Shown: in pieces, positions 12,341 through 25,300 of the stretch | How positions within the stretch are numbered: the first letter of the stretch is position 1 | How the letters are laid out: each line of letters begins with the position of its first letter | Assembly (NCBI RefSeq): GCF_963921235.1 | Contig: NC_086097.1 | Location: forward strand, 5,580,001 to 5,644,000 | Length of the DNA stretch: 64,000 bases | Origin: Mobula hypostoma | Taxonomy: Eukaryota | Direction: 5' to 3' | Notes under the pieces: generated by a model | Seen by the model: the letters and a program-made list of their open reading frames with translations, nothing else | What the model was told of the DNA's origin: nothing | Databases searched by the model: none | Position numbers and translations under genes: made by a program

Positions 12341-12704
12341 TGAACCATTAGATCTATTTTATTCATGAAAAGACTTTACTTATATTGGTCGTGAATCACC
12401 TTCATTCCTGACGTATACAATAAATCTGGTAATGGGCTTTAACTATACTCTACCCATTATTTTTCTAGAGATGAGAGATTGCATAGCCCGTTAATAATTG
12501 AAACAAATCTATTAATATTCGTCATTATGCCTTCATCTAGGGTAATGCCATAACTCTGTTAGGTCTTATTCCAATGGCTCTTTTTGCACTACTTATTTAA
12601 TGTCCATATTTATATATACTTACTGTAATTTATAACTTTTATTATGTATTGCAATGTACTGCGGCCACAAAGCAACAAATTTTATGACATTTGCCAGTGA
12701 GACC

Positions 12705-13900
12705 TGATGTAGATTGGGGAACCACTTTGTCAGTCACCTTCGCTCCATTGACAAAAAAATCGGATTTCCTGGTGGCCAACTCTTTTAATTCCAATCCCCA
12801 TTCCCATTCCAACAGGTCACTCCATGGCCTCCTCTTCTGCCAGGATCAGACCACTATCAGATTGCAGGAGCAACACCTCAAATTCCAATTTGGTAGCCTC
12901 AAGGCTGAATACATAAACATTGATTTCTCCAGCTTCCAATAATTTATTTCCCCCTCTCCCTTCAAACTTCTTTAATTCCCCATGCTGGCCCACTTCTTAC
13001 CTCTTCACACTCACCTACCATCTCCCCTGGTGCCCCTCCTCCTTCCCTTTCACGCATGGTCCACAATCCTCTCAAATTCCTCTTTAGATAAGATTAGATT
13101 ATGAGGACACTCAGTCCTCGTTTATTGTCATTTAGAAATACATGCATTAAAAATGATACAACATTCCTCCAGAATGATATCACAAGAAAACACAGGATAA
13201 ACAAAGACTAAGACTGACAAAACCACATAATTATAACATATAGTTACAACAGTGCAAAGCAATACCATAATTTGATAAAGAGCAGACCATGGGCACGGTA
13301 AAACAAAAGTCTCAAAGTCCTGATAGACTCATCATCTCACGCAGGCAGCAGAAGGGAGGAACTCTCCCTGCCATGAACCTCCAAGCGCCGCCAACTTGCC
13401 GATGCAGCGCCACTGGAAGCACCTGACTGCAGCGAACTCTGAGTCTGTCCGAAAACTTCGAGCCTCCGACTAGCCCCTCCGTCCTCTATGGAGAATTCCG
13501 ATCCCGCCCCAGCCGCCGAGCAACAAGCAAAGCCGAGGACTCGGGGTCTTCTCCTCCGGAGATTCTGGACCACACAGTAGCAGCAGCAGCGAAGCAGGCA
13601 TTTCAGAAGTTTCACCAGATGTTCCTCCGTGCTCTCCCGTCTGTCTCATTGCGAGCTGCGTTGTGTCACCATCTTCTCTTTCTACAACCTTTTACCTTTT
13701 CCATCTATCACCTCACAGTTTCTTATTTCATTTACCCACCCCCACCTACCTGGCTTCACCTATCACCTTCTAACACCCTTCTTCTGCTCCCCACCTTGTC
13801 CAGTCTTAATGAAGAGTCTCAACCCTAAACATCAATTGTTTATTTATTTCCATAAATGCTGTCTGATCTGCTGAGTTCCTCCAGTATTTTGTGTGTGTTG
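12705..13900 (+). mobile_element. Penelope-like element 3' part (GIY-YIG C-terminus + terminal region), split by the 13086-13675 insert
   Basis: ORF 12691..12942 ends 'RLQEQHLKFQFGSLKAEYINIDFSSF'. A pyrimidine-rich 3' region follows, with a degenerate hammerhead-like core at 13805-13830. Confidence 0.8.
13086..13675 (-). mobile_element. YY1-headed non-autonomous retroposon, copy 1 (internal deletion near the 5' end)
   Basis: Homologous to 17206-17856 and 20842-21466. TSD ctcttt (13080-13085 / 13676-13681). 3' stem GAGGAC-tgagt-GTCCTC plus an (ATCTA)-like tail. Confidence 0.85.
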
Positions 13901-14473
13901 CCTGTCATATTAAACCTGATTCTGATTGTGATTCCGATTTTTTTCACCCTTTTGTTGTCCACTTAAATACTAATGAAAAATACTATTTGCTACACATAGG
14001 ACCCTAATATCCAATTGATTAATTTGCAAGAGATTTTTATTAGCTTACACTTCAACGTGAAATATGCTTTTAGCATATTATATCCCACTTTGTTTTCTTT
14101 TGAGAATTTAACTAATTTTAGTGTCAAAATCGAGTTCAGCATTCCTTTGTTACTCCAGTTATCTAAAGCTGTGGATGAATGTAATCTTGCATTCACCTCA
14201 GCCTTTGACAATGGGTATCTATATTTGCATAAATTTAGGTGTAATCTTAAAGACAGAAAATAAAACACTGTAAAAAGGAAACATTCAATGCCCAATCTTC
14301 TAGTTTAAACAATTAATGATGACACTTCAGATATCATACAAAGTTATCAAAGCAAATAGAATTTTAAATCTTGATTTGCATGTAAGCCTTTAATCAAGTA
14401 TAATATCTGGATGACTGGTAATGTGTATTTAACATGCACATCTCAGACTTATTTGTATGCGTATTTGTTGAAT

Positions 14474-15013
14474 GAATGGTTCCTTAAGGTTGTTTTAGCT
14501 GGGGGAGGTAGTGGGGATAACCTCTCACTATCTATTAAATGCTCCCAATGGTGTACATCTCAAATAGCCTCTGACAACTAAGTCCACCTCTGGCCTTCAC
14601 GTGTAGCTTATCTACTGAGCCTGGTGGAACCATTTCTACTGACAGAAGAGGGGCAAAGACAGGTTACTAGCACATTAAAAGCAGTCGCTTCAGGCAGATG
14701 GGGCTCATCGGCTGTGGTTGGCAGCTCATCAGAAGGAGAACACTAATCTCAAACCTCCGCTGTCTTGAGGCTCTACCCACTCATGGAGAAGGATTCCGGA
14801 GTAATCCAAGGGAAAAATCTGGAGCTGGAGTGCCTAAGGCAGTCTTACGTTGAGTTCAATGCTGCTGATGCTAAACCGTAAGGGTCTCTGCCATCCCTTT
14901 GGATTCACTAGCTGCGTGGAGAGGGGGAGCCAGCTACATGTGCAGCAGCTTAATGTCTATATTGTGCAGCTGGGTGCAACAGTCCTGATCTATCCCGACC
15001 AACAGAAGGCCTC
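14474..15013 (+). mobile_element. RTE-related non-autonomous retroelement, copy 1
   Basis: TSD atttgttgaat (14463-14473 / 15014-15024). Homologous to 43811-45493. No ORF. Confidence 0.7.
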
Positions 15014-15339
15014 ATTTGTTGAATCACCTGCCAGTTTAAAATAAAACACTTCAGCCGTACTGGTTAAAGATATTGCAAATCAACATATCGTGAACCTGCT
15101 GAAGAATACAAACACTTCCATAGTGTTTAATTCTTTCAGATTCATAAACACATGCAGGTGTGATTATACCAATTTGTATATGTAGATCTTCATACTTTTG
15201 TAAATTTATACAGATTTGTTTTGGTATTTTTCTTTATGTACAGACAATGGCCATTCAGCCCATCAAGACCATGCCAATTCACAGAGCAATACCATTTCTT
15301 CCAAAGTTTTTTGCAATAATCTTTCCTTCCCACATACCC

Positions 15340-18300
15340 ATCAGCTCCTTCCAGGTGCAGCCTCCCTGATAACTACATCTGTATGAAGTGCATCTCCTTA
15401 GACAGTATATTAGGCAACCGGAACTGTGACCTGATGACCTCCAGCTTATATGGGAGAATGAAGAGGTGATAGACAGGAGCTACAAGGAGGTAGTCGCCCC
15501 CAAGTTGCACCAGGTAAGTACTGTCAGGAGAGGGAAAGGGAATAGACAGATAGAACACAGTACCCCTGTGGCCTTTCCCCTCAATAATAGGCATACCATT
15601 TTGGATACTGCTGGGGTGGGAGGGAGAAGCTGTGGGGAGTGCAGTGAGCAGGTGTCTGGCGCTGAGTCTGGCTCCGTGGCTCAGAAGGGAAAGTGGGAGA
15701 AGAAGAGAGCAGTAGTGATCGCAGACTCCATAGTTACAGGGGCAGACAGGAGATTCTATGGATGTGAAATAGACATCCAGATAGTAGGTTGCCACCCACA
15801 TGCCAGGGTTGTTTCAGAATTCTAAAGGGGAAGGGTGAGCAGCCTGAAGTCGAGGTACATATTGTCACAAAAGAAACCATAGGTAGAAAATGGAAGTCCT
15901 GAAGAGAGAATTGAAGGACTTTAGTAGAAAGCTGAAAGCAGGAATTCAGGGTAGTAATCACCGGACTGCTCCTGTGCCACACACCTGTGAGGGTAAGAAT
16001 AGGTTGACTAGGCAGATGAATGTGTACCTCAGGAATTAGTGCAGGGGATAAGTTTCAGGTTTCTGGATCATTGGGATGTCTTTTGGGGGAGGGATGAACT
16101 GTACAAGAAAAAAGGATGGGTTGCACCTGAACCTGAGGGGGACTAATGTCCTTGTGGACAGGTTTGCTAGAACTGTTGGAGGGTTTAAACTAATCTAGCG
16201 GGAGGATGGCAACAGGAGTGAGAGGACTGAAGATGAGGCAGGTGTTATACAAGCAGATGCAGTGTGCAATGAGACTGTGAGGAAGGACAGACAGATGGCA
16301 GTCAGTGGGATGGGGTAAACTGCAACTGGGGACAAAAGTTAAAAAGTGTAATGAATACAGGAAATAAATTGTTGTATTTGAATGCATACAGTATATGGAA
16401 TAAGGTCTTGAATTGCAGTTAGAGGTTGGCAGGTATGGGCATCACTGAGTCGTGCCTGAAAGAAGATCATAAATACTTATACCAAAATGGCAGAAAGGTA
16501 TGCAGAGGAGTTGGGGTGACTCTGTTGCTAAAAAGTGAAATCAAATACTTAGAAAGAGGTGACATAGGATCCGAAGACATAGAATCCTCGGTGGTAGAGT
16601 TAAGAAATTGCAAAGATAAAAAGATCCTGATGGAAGTTAAATATAGGTATCCAAATAGTAGCTAGGATGTGGGATACCAATTACAATAGGAGAGAGAAAC
16701 ATCATGTAAAAAGAGCAATGCTATGATAGTTGTGGAGGATTTCAATATGCAGGTAGGTTGGGAAAATCAGGTTGGTGCTGGATTGCAAGAGAGGGAATTT
16801 GTAGAATGTCAACCAGATGGCTTCTTGGAGTGACTTGTGCTTGAGCCCACTAGGAAAAAGGCAAATCTAGAGTGTTGTGTAATAAACTGGATTTGATTCG
16901 GGAGCTTAAGGTCAAGGAATCCTTTGGAGGCAGTTATCATAATATGATTGAACTCACCCTGCATTTTGAGAGGGAGAAGATAAAGTTAGATGTATCATTG
17001 TTACAGTGGAGTGAAGGAGTTACAGAGGTATGAGAGAGGAGTTTGTCAAAGTTGTTTGGAAGAGAATAATAGCAGGGATGATAGCAGAACAGCAACGGTT
17101 GGAGTTTTGAAGAGCATTTGGGATTGCACAGGGTAGATACACCCCAAAGATAAAATAATTTTCTGAAGGAAAGATGAGGCAACCCTGGCTGACAAGGGAA
17201 GTCAAGGAGGGAGGAGAAGATGGCAGTGCAACGCAGCGCGCGCGGCTGTTCCGAATGAATATCAATATGTGTAACCTGGGGTGCCGTGCACAATCTGGAT
17301 TTGATGTGGACAGTCATGAAAATGCAGAGGAACATCTGGAGAAACTTCTGAAATGCCCGCTTCGCTGCCGCTGCTACTGTGCGATCAATAATCACCGGAG
17401 ACAAAGGCCCCAAATCCTCGGCTTTGCATATTGCCTATTGCCAGGGCCAGGGTCGAAATGCTTGGCAGAGGTGGTGTTCGGTGCTCGGTGTTGGACAGCT
17501 GGTCGGAGGCTCGGAGTTTTCGGACGGACTCGGGGTCGGACTGTGGTCGGATGCTTCCAGGATGCTGCATCAGCAAGTTGGCGGCGCTGGGGGTTTGCCA
17601 TCTGCGTGAGATGATGGGACTTTTGAGAGACTTTGAGACTTTTACTGTGCCATCGACTATTCTTATCAAATTACGGTATTGCTTTGCACTGTTGTAACTA
17701 TATGTTATAATTATGTGGTTTTTGTTCGTTTTTAAGTCGGTTTGTCATGTGTTTTTGTGATATCATTCTGGAGAAACAGTGTTATCATTTCTTAATGCAT
17801 GCATTACTAAATGAAAATAAAAGGGGACTGCGTGTCCTCATAATCATCATAACCATAAGTCAAAGACAGCATTAAAACAAAAGAAAGAGGATAAAGTATA
17901 GCATAAATTAATGGGAAGTTAGAGGAGTGGGAAACTTTGAAAAAAAAAACAACAGAAGACAACCAAAGAAAGCCATAAGGAGGGCAGATATGAAATAGGA
18001 AGGTAAGCTAGCCTATAATATAAAAGTTGCTTTAAATATATATAAAGTAAATGAGGCAAGAGTGGATATCAAACTGCTGGAAAATAATGCTAGAGATAGT
18101 ACCGAAGGAAAAGGAAATGGCAGAAAAAAAACAATAAGTAATTTGCATCAGTCTTCACTGTAGAAGACACTAGCAGTTTACGTTGTAAGTTCTAGAATGA
18201 CAGAGGACAGAAGTGAGTGTCATTGTTATTACTAAGAATGTGGTGCCCAGGAAACTGAAAGGTCTGAATGTATATAAGTTACCTGGTCCAGATAGAGTCC

Positions 18301-18642
18301 ATCCAGCGCTTTGAAAGAGATTGCGGAAGTCTGGGACCAGAGGACACAGCCTCAGAATAGGAGGATGCCCATTTAGAACAGGGATGAGAAGGAATTTCTT
18401 TAGCCAGTGTGTAGTAAATTGGTGGAATTCATTGCTATGACAGCTGTGGAGGCTAAGTTGTTGGGTGTATTTAAAAGGGAGGTCGATAGGTTCTTGATTA
18501 GTCAGTGGATCAAAGGTTATGGAGAGAAGTCAGGAGAATAGGGTTGAGAGGGATAATTAATCTGTCTTGATGGAATGGCGGTTCAGACCTGATGGACCAA
18601 ATGCCTAATTCTGCTCCTATGTCTTATGATTTTATGGTCTTA
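15340..18642 (+). mobile_element. Decayed CR1 LINE (ORF1, APE, linker; most of RT deleted; 3' tail present)
   Basis: 'VIADSIVTG', 'LERGDIGSED'. The sequence jumps near 18330 from the PGPD region to the 3' end, which has a (cttatg)-type tail. Confidence 0.85.
17206..17856 (+). mobile_element. YY1-headed non-autonomous retroposon, copy 2
   Basis: Starts ggagggaggagaagatggc and ends ggggactgcgtgtcctc + (ataatc)-like repeats. TSD aagtcaa (17199-17205 / 17857-17863) inside a CR1. Confidence 0.9.
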
Positions 18643-18699
18643 TTCTGTAAAGCACCTACTCACTAGGCCACGTAACCTAACAACATGCATATTTCTGAG

Positions 18700-19350
18700 A
18701 AAGTCCATACGACACTCTAAGCTGCTGTGCAGGTTGACTCTGTGGTTAAGAAGGCATACGGTGCATTGGCCTTCATCAATTGTGGGATTGAATTTAAGAG
18801 CAAAGAGGTAATGTTGCAGCTATATAGGACCCTGGTCAGACCCCACTTGGAGTACTGTGCTCAGTTCTGGTCACCTCACTACAGGAAGGATATGGAAACC
18901 ATAGAAAGGGTGCAGAGGAGGTTTACAAGGATGTTGCCTGGATTGGGGAGCATGCCTTATGAGAATAGGTTGAGTGAACTCGGCCTTTTCTCCTTCGAGT
19001 GATGGAGGATGAGAGGTGACCTTTCAGAGGTGTACAAAATAATGTGTGGATAGTCAGAAGCTTCTCCCCAGGGCTGAAATGGCTAGCACGAGAGGGCACA
19101 GTTTTAAGGTGCTTGTAAGAAGGTACGGAGATGTCAGGGGTAAGCTTTTTTTTTTAAAACGCAGAGTGGTGGGAGTGTGTGGAATGGGCTGTGGACGACA
19201 GTGGTGGAGGTGGAACCAATAGGGTCTTTTAAGAGACTCCTGGATGGATACATGGAGCTTAGAAAACTAGAGGGCTATGAGTAAGCCTAGGTAGTTTTAA
19301 GGCAGGAACATGTTCAGCACAGCTCTGTGGGCTGAAGGGCCTGTATTGTG
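18700..19350 (+). mobile_element. CR1 3' fragment
   Basis: ORF 18727..19002 reads 'LVRPHLEYCAQFWSPHY..ERVQRRFTRM'; 3' tail 'gggctgaagggcctgt'. Confidence 0.9.
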
Positions 19351-19575
19351 CTGTAGGTTTTCTGTTTCTAAAGAAGGATGACACCAGAGTGCCCAGGGAA
19401 AACCCAGGTAGTGACATTGAGAACACGAAAACTTCACAGAAACAACACAGAAATCAAGATGGGCCCATGTGGCTGGAAATGTGAGACAGCTATTTCTATC
19501 AGCTACAAATCCATTAGAACACAAGACACAGAAGCAGAATTAGGTCATTCAGCTCACAAGTCCGAAGACATAATA

Positions 19576-19947
19576 TTCATCATTATCAGTCATGTCGTAT
19601 GACGTGGGCAATCATGGTCTACCCATGATGATGATTGTTCTTGGCAAATTCTTCTACAGAAGTGGTTTGCCATTGCTTCTTGTGGGCAGTGACTTTACAA
19701 GACAGGTGACCTCAGCCATTATTAATACCCTTCAGAGATTGTCTGCCTGGTGTCAGTGGTCCCATAACCAGGACTTGTGATATGCATCAGTGGCTCATAC
19801 GACCATCTACCACCTGCTCCCATGGCTTCACGTAACCTTGATCGGGATAAGCAGGTTCTACACCTCACTGAAGAGTGACCGCAGGCTGGTGGAGGGAGAA
19901 AGAGTCTTACACCTCCTTTGGTATAGACGTATCTCCACCCTGCCACC
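19576..19947 (-). mobile_element. RTE-derived short non-autonomous element
   Basis: The minus strand has 'gcaatggcaaaccacttctgtagaagaatttgccaagaac', resembling RTE/Bov-A-type UTR motifs. (tga)n tail; approximate TSD 'cataata'. Confidence 0.6.
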
Positions 19948-20039
19948 AAGAGTCATAATACCTTTATGATAGAGAGGGAGGCAATTTGGCCGTTGAATCT
20001 ATAATAAAGAGCAAATTTGTAATTTATACTTATGACTCT

Positions 20040-20490
20040 GTGGTCAAGTACAACTCCAAGTTAAGTTTGCTGCCAACGCAATTGTTGGTTGAATCAAAGG
20101 TGGTGACAAATTGGCGTACGAAAGAGGAATTGAAAAGCTGGTTGAATGGTGCCACAACAGCAACCTCTCCGTCAACACCAGCAAACCACAGAGCTGACTG
20201 TTGACTACAGGAGGAATAAACCAGAGGTCCATTCCCTCATTAGGGGATCAGAGATAGAGGTTCGGTAACTTTAAATCACTTGGCATTATTATAGCAGAGG
20301 ACCTGTTGTGAGGCGACAAGCGAGTGCCATCACAAAGAATGCTCAGCAATGCCTCTACTGTTTTAGAAGCTTAAGCAGAATTGGCATGTTATCTTAAACT
20401 TTGGCAAACTTTTATTGATGCAAATTGGACAGTACCCTGACTGGTTGCATCATGGTCTGGTATGGAAACACCATAAACCAAAAAGAAAAT
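20040..20490 (+). mobile_element. Decayed Rex1/Babar-type RT fragment
   Basis: 'aagtttgctgcc' (KFADD remnant), 'ggtgccacaacagcaacctctccgtcaac', 'gctcagcaatgcctctac'. Confidence 0.65.
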
Positions 20491-20841
20491 CTGAGGATAA
20501 TATATCATGAGGTATATGTACTTCAATAAATTTACATTGAACTTTGATGGGCACTGGAGATAGCTGTTAAACCCTCTCTCACGTCTCCAGAACTTCATGT
20601 TCACTTAGGTCTCTTGCATGTACTGAGTGTTTCTAACTTCAGTGATTTATGGACCCTCTCTTCTAGATGGATGAATAATGTTTTTCCAAATTCCCTATAA
20701 TTCTCTTACCAAATCCTTTAAATCTATCTCCTCGAGATGTTGGTAACACTGTTAAAGGAAATGTTTTTCCTATTCATCCCACAGAGGCCTTTAATAAATC
20801 CATAAACCCCTCAATTAAATTACTTCTGCAATCCGAGTAAT

Positions 20842-21466
20842 GGAGGGAGGAGAAGATGGCGGCGCGATGCAGCACGCGCGGCTGTTCCGAATGAATATCG
20901 TACGTGTTAAGTAGGGGGCCATGCACAATCCAGATTTGATGGAGACAGCCGTGAGAAGCGCAGAGGAACATCTGGAGTAACTTCTGAAATGCCTGTTTCA
21001 CTGCCGCTGCTACTGTGCGATCGAGAATCTTCGGAGGGGAAGGCCCCAAATCCTCGGCTTTGCGTATCACCTGGTGCCGGGGCCGGGGTTGAAGTGCTCG
21101 GTGTCGAATAGGTGGTCGAAGGCTCGGAGTTTTTCGGATGGACTCAGAGTCGGACCGTGGTCGGATGTTTCCAGAATGCTGCAGCAGCAAGTTGGCGGTG
21201 CTGGAGGTTTACCGTCTGCGTGAGATGATGGGACTTTCGAGAGATTTTGAGACATTTACTGTGCCATGGTCTGTTCTTATCAAATTACAGTATTGCTTTG
21301 CAATATATATGTCATATGTCATAATTATGTGGTTTTTGTTAGTTTTTAAGTCGGTTTGTCATGTGTTTTTGTGATATCATTCTGGAAAACCATTTTATCA
21401 TTTCTTAATGTACGCATTACTAAATGGCAATAAAAGGGGACTGCGTGTCCTGATAATCATAAATCA
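20842..21466 (+). mobile_element. YY1-headed non-autonomous retroposon, copy 3
   Basis: Starts ggagggaggagaagatggcggc; same body and 3' stem-loop/tail as copy 2. Possible TSD taat. Confidence 0.9.
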
Positions 21467-21769
21467 TAATTCTTTAATCTTACATTGCTAGTCCTTTGTC
21501 ATAAAAATGACTTCCCATCCTTTGTCACCTTATTGTGTATTTCCTGTGTTCTCTGTTCATTGCTATCACATATATCCTATGGAGCAGAGACAGAACACTA
21601 CAGAATATTCCTTCTAGGACTGAATTAATGTTGGATAATTTTATTCCCTGTCCCCTGGCAAGTATGTAATTGGTCATGCGCTTTGGTAGACAAAATAAAA
21701 GGAGAGAACATCTAAAAATCTGAAGTGCTAAGGGACTTGGGAGTCCTTGTGCAGTCTATTACTAAAGTG

Positions 21770-22180
21770 CTTCTCTCTTCAGCTAAGGTGGCATGCAGAG
21801 GGTGAGAAACATTGTCCAGTATCTCCAGGATTTTTCACAGGATCCTTTGTTTTACCACAGCCTCCAGTGTGGCCAGTTTGACTCCTAAAACAGAGCCAGC
21901 CTTTCTAATCAGTTTATTGACCCTGTTGGCAGCACCCAAGTTGATTCCATTGCCCCAGCACACCACCGCACAGAAGATTGTACTGGCATCAACAGAGTGG
22001 TAGAACATGTGAGGAAGAGGCCTGCAAACTCCAAAGAACTTCAGAGTCCTCAGGAAGTCGAGGCGACTCTGGCCCTTCTTGTACACAGTCTCTGTGTTGA
22101 TGCTCCACTGAGGTCTGTCATCCCAGTGCACCTCCAGTACTTGTAGGTCCTCACCATCAAAAGTAACAGGGAGCAGAACC
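21770..22180 (-). mobile_element. Rex1/Babar-type RT C-terminal fragment
   Basis: ORF 21835..22230 reads 'KKGQSRLDFLRTLKFF..FCAVVCWG..NKLIRKAGSVLG'. Confidence 0.85.
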
Positions 22181-22182
22181 TG

Positions 22183-22310
22183 CTCCTGATGAGTCTTGGG
22201 CCAAAACATCGACTGTTCACTATTTTCCATAGATGCTGCCTGGCCTGCTAAGTTCCTTCAGCATTTTATGTTTGCTGCTTGGATTTCCAACATCTGCAGA
22301 CTTTCTGTTG
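22183..22310 (+). mobile_element. Penelope terminal fragment with hammerhead-like core
   Basis: 'cctgatgagtcttgggccaaaacatcgac...gatgctgcctggcctgctaagttcc', homologous to 13800-13900 and 49405-49505. Confidence 0.65.
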
Positions 22311-25300
22311 TTCGCGATTAAACAATCTTGATTGTTGACTCTTGAAATATCTGCTCCAGGTGGAACATAATACTTGTCAGGGCCTTAAAACAATCTTGAA
22401 TCTTGAGTTACCACAAACTGTTACACTGTCTGCAATTCTGTATTCAGTACCTCCCACAACAATTCCTGGCAACTCATTTTATACACTCCCTACAGGTGCT
22501 CCATAGGCAATTCCTTTGAAAGTTATACTTGTATTACATAGTACATTAGCAATTCTCATCTTCTGAGGTTTTATGTAGAATTTACCAGATGACTAGTTGT
22601 CTTATCTCTGGTCCCCCTCTACATATGTTCATTTATTTATTGTATCTGTGGTCTTTGATTAGTTTTTAATAAATAGTTTCCACATTGAGCTGCATACTGA
22701 TTGTGTCCATCTGGATGGCCTCAGGCTAGACTCAGAGCTTGGCCTCAGGAGAGAAAAATTACACCCTAGATGGGATAATTCAATGTATGCAACAATCCAC
22801 AGCATATCAGGAGATTTGCTACAGGCTATACCGTATAATTCTTCCAGAATTATTCAGGTTTTAAATCATTAGTTTAAGTATACCTATGTTTGGAGTGAAA
22901 TTGAGATATAGTGTGCATTTAAGACCATAAGACTAAGATATAGGAGCAGAAATAGGCCATTTGGCCCACTGAGTCTCCTCAGACATTTCATCATGGCTGA
23001 TCCAATTTTCTTTCAGTCCCACTCTCCTGCCTTTTCCCCGTATCCCTTCAGGCCCTGACCAATCTTAAATCTATCACCTCTGTCTCAGACTGATCAATTC
23101 CACAGATTTACCACTCACTGACTGAAGAAACTCCTTCTCATCTCTATTCAGAAATGACACCCCCTCTATTGTGAAACTGTGTCATGTGGTCCTAGATTCT
23201 CCCACCACAGGAAACCTTCTCCACATGCACTCTATCAAGGCCTTTTGCTATTCTATAGGTTTCAATTAGGTCACGTCTCATTCTCTCATTCTTCTGAGTT
23301 CCAGTGAATACAGGCCCAGAGCCATCAAATGTTCTTTATATGACAAACCATTCAATCCTGGAATCGTTTTCATGAACCTCCTTTCAATTCTCTCCAGTAT
23401 CAGCACAACGTTTCTAAGGGGCCCAAAACTGCTCACAATGCTCCAAGCGAGGGTTTATCAGTGCTTTATAAAGTCTCAGCATTGCATCCTTGCTTTTATA
23501 TTTCCCTCGGGATCAATGAAGTATGAGTATGACTATGACTACTATGCTAGTCGTCTTGAAATGAATGCTTACATCATATTTTCCTCTCTCACAACAGAGT
23601 CAACCTACCAATTAGCTTCCAGGGAAAATTGCACAAGGACCCCCAAGTCCCTTTATGACTCACATTTTTGTATTTTCTCTCCATTTAGCAAATAGTCAAC
23701 CCTTTCAATTCTTCTGTCAAAGTGCATGACCATACACTTCTCAGCACTATATCCCATCTGCCACTTCTTTGCACATTTACCTAATCTGTACAATTCCTTT
23801 TGTAGCCTTTCCACTTCCTCGAAATTACATGGCTCTCCGACCATCTTTGTATCACCACAAACTTTGCAACAAAGCCATTAATTCTGTCATCCAAGTCATT
23901 GCCATATAATCTAAAAAGAATTAGTCCAACACAGACCCTATGGAACACCACTAGTCACCAGTTGCCAACCAGAAAAGGCTCCATTTATTCCTTCTGTTTG
24001 CCTCCTGCCAATCAACCACAGTATTATTCATTCGAGATTCTTTCCTGTAATGCCATAGGCTCATAGTTTGTTAAGCAGCTTCATGTGTGGCACCTTTTCA
24101 AAGGCCTTCTGAAAATCCAAGGACACAACATTAACCAATTTTCCTTTGTCTATCCTGTTTGTTATTTCTTCAAAGAATTTCTACAGATTTGTCAGGCAAC
24201 ATTTTCCCTTGAGGAATCCATGCTGACTACGGCCTATTTTATCATGTGCCTCCAAGTACCCTGAAACCCTATCCTTAACAATTGATTCCAACATCTTCCC
24301 AGCCGCTGAGGTTAGACTAACTGGCCTATAATTTCCTTTCTTCTGCCTCTCTCCCTTCTTGAAGAGTGCGTGACATTTGCAATTTTCCATTCTTCTGGAA
24401 CTAATCCAGAATCCAGTGATTCTTGAAAGATCATTACCAATGCCTCCACAATCTCTTCATCCACATCCATCAGACCCTGGGGTTTACACCATCTGACTCA
24501 GGTGACTATCTACCTTCAGACCTTTCAGTTTCCCAAGAACCTTCTCTCTACTTATGGAAACTACACACACTTCATGACCCCTGACACCTGGAAACTCTAC
24601 CATACTGCTAGTGTCTTTCACAGTGAACACTGATGCAAAATACTTGTTCAGTTCATCTGCCATTTCCTTGTCCCCCATAAGCACCTCTCCAACATAGTTT
24701 TCCAGTGACCTGATATCCACTTTTGTCTCTTTTACTCAATATATCTGAAGAAACTTTTGTTATTTTTGTTAATACTATTGGCTCGCTTAATTTTGTATTC
24801 CATCTTTACCTTCTGAATAATATTTTAAGTTACCTTTTGTTAGTATTTAAAAGCTTCCAATCCTCTAACTTCCCACTAATCTGTGTTTTATTATGTGCTC
24901 TCACTTTGGCTATTATGCTGGCTTTGGCTTCTCTTGTTGACCACAGTTGTGCATCTTGCCTTTAGAATACTTTCTCATTGGGATGTATAGATCTTGTGCC
25001 TGCCAGGTTACTTCCAGAAATTCCAGCATAACTGCTCTGCCGTCATCCCTGCCAGAGTTCTTTTCCAATCAATTCTGGCCAACTCTTCTCTCATGATATC
25101 CACATCTGCCTCCATTTTACCCTTTATGTATCTGAGAAACTTTTTGCATCCTCTTTAATATTATTGGCCAACTTATTTTTCTATCTTGTTTTTACCTTCT
25201 CGATTTTTTTTTAAAGTTGCCTTCTATTGGTTTTTAAAAGCTTCCCAATCCTCTAACTTACCATTATTTTTTACTCTATTATATGTCCTCTTTGGCTTTT

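Noticed and set aside
13337..21374. ORFs inside the YY1-headed elements
   Set aside because: Frames and lengths differ between the three copies; GC-rich sequence explains the open frames.
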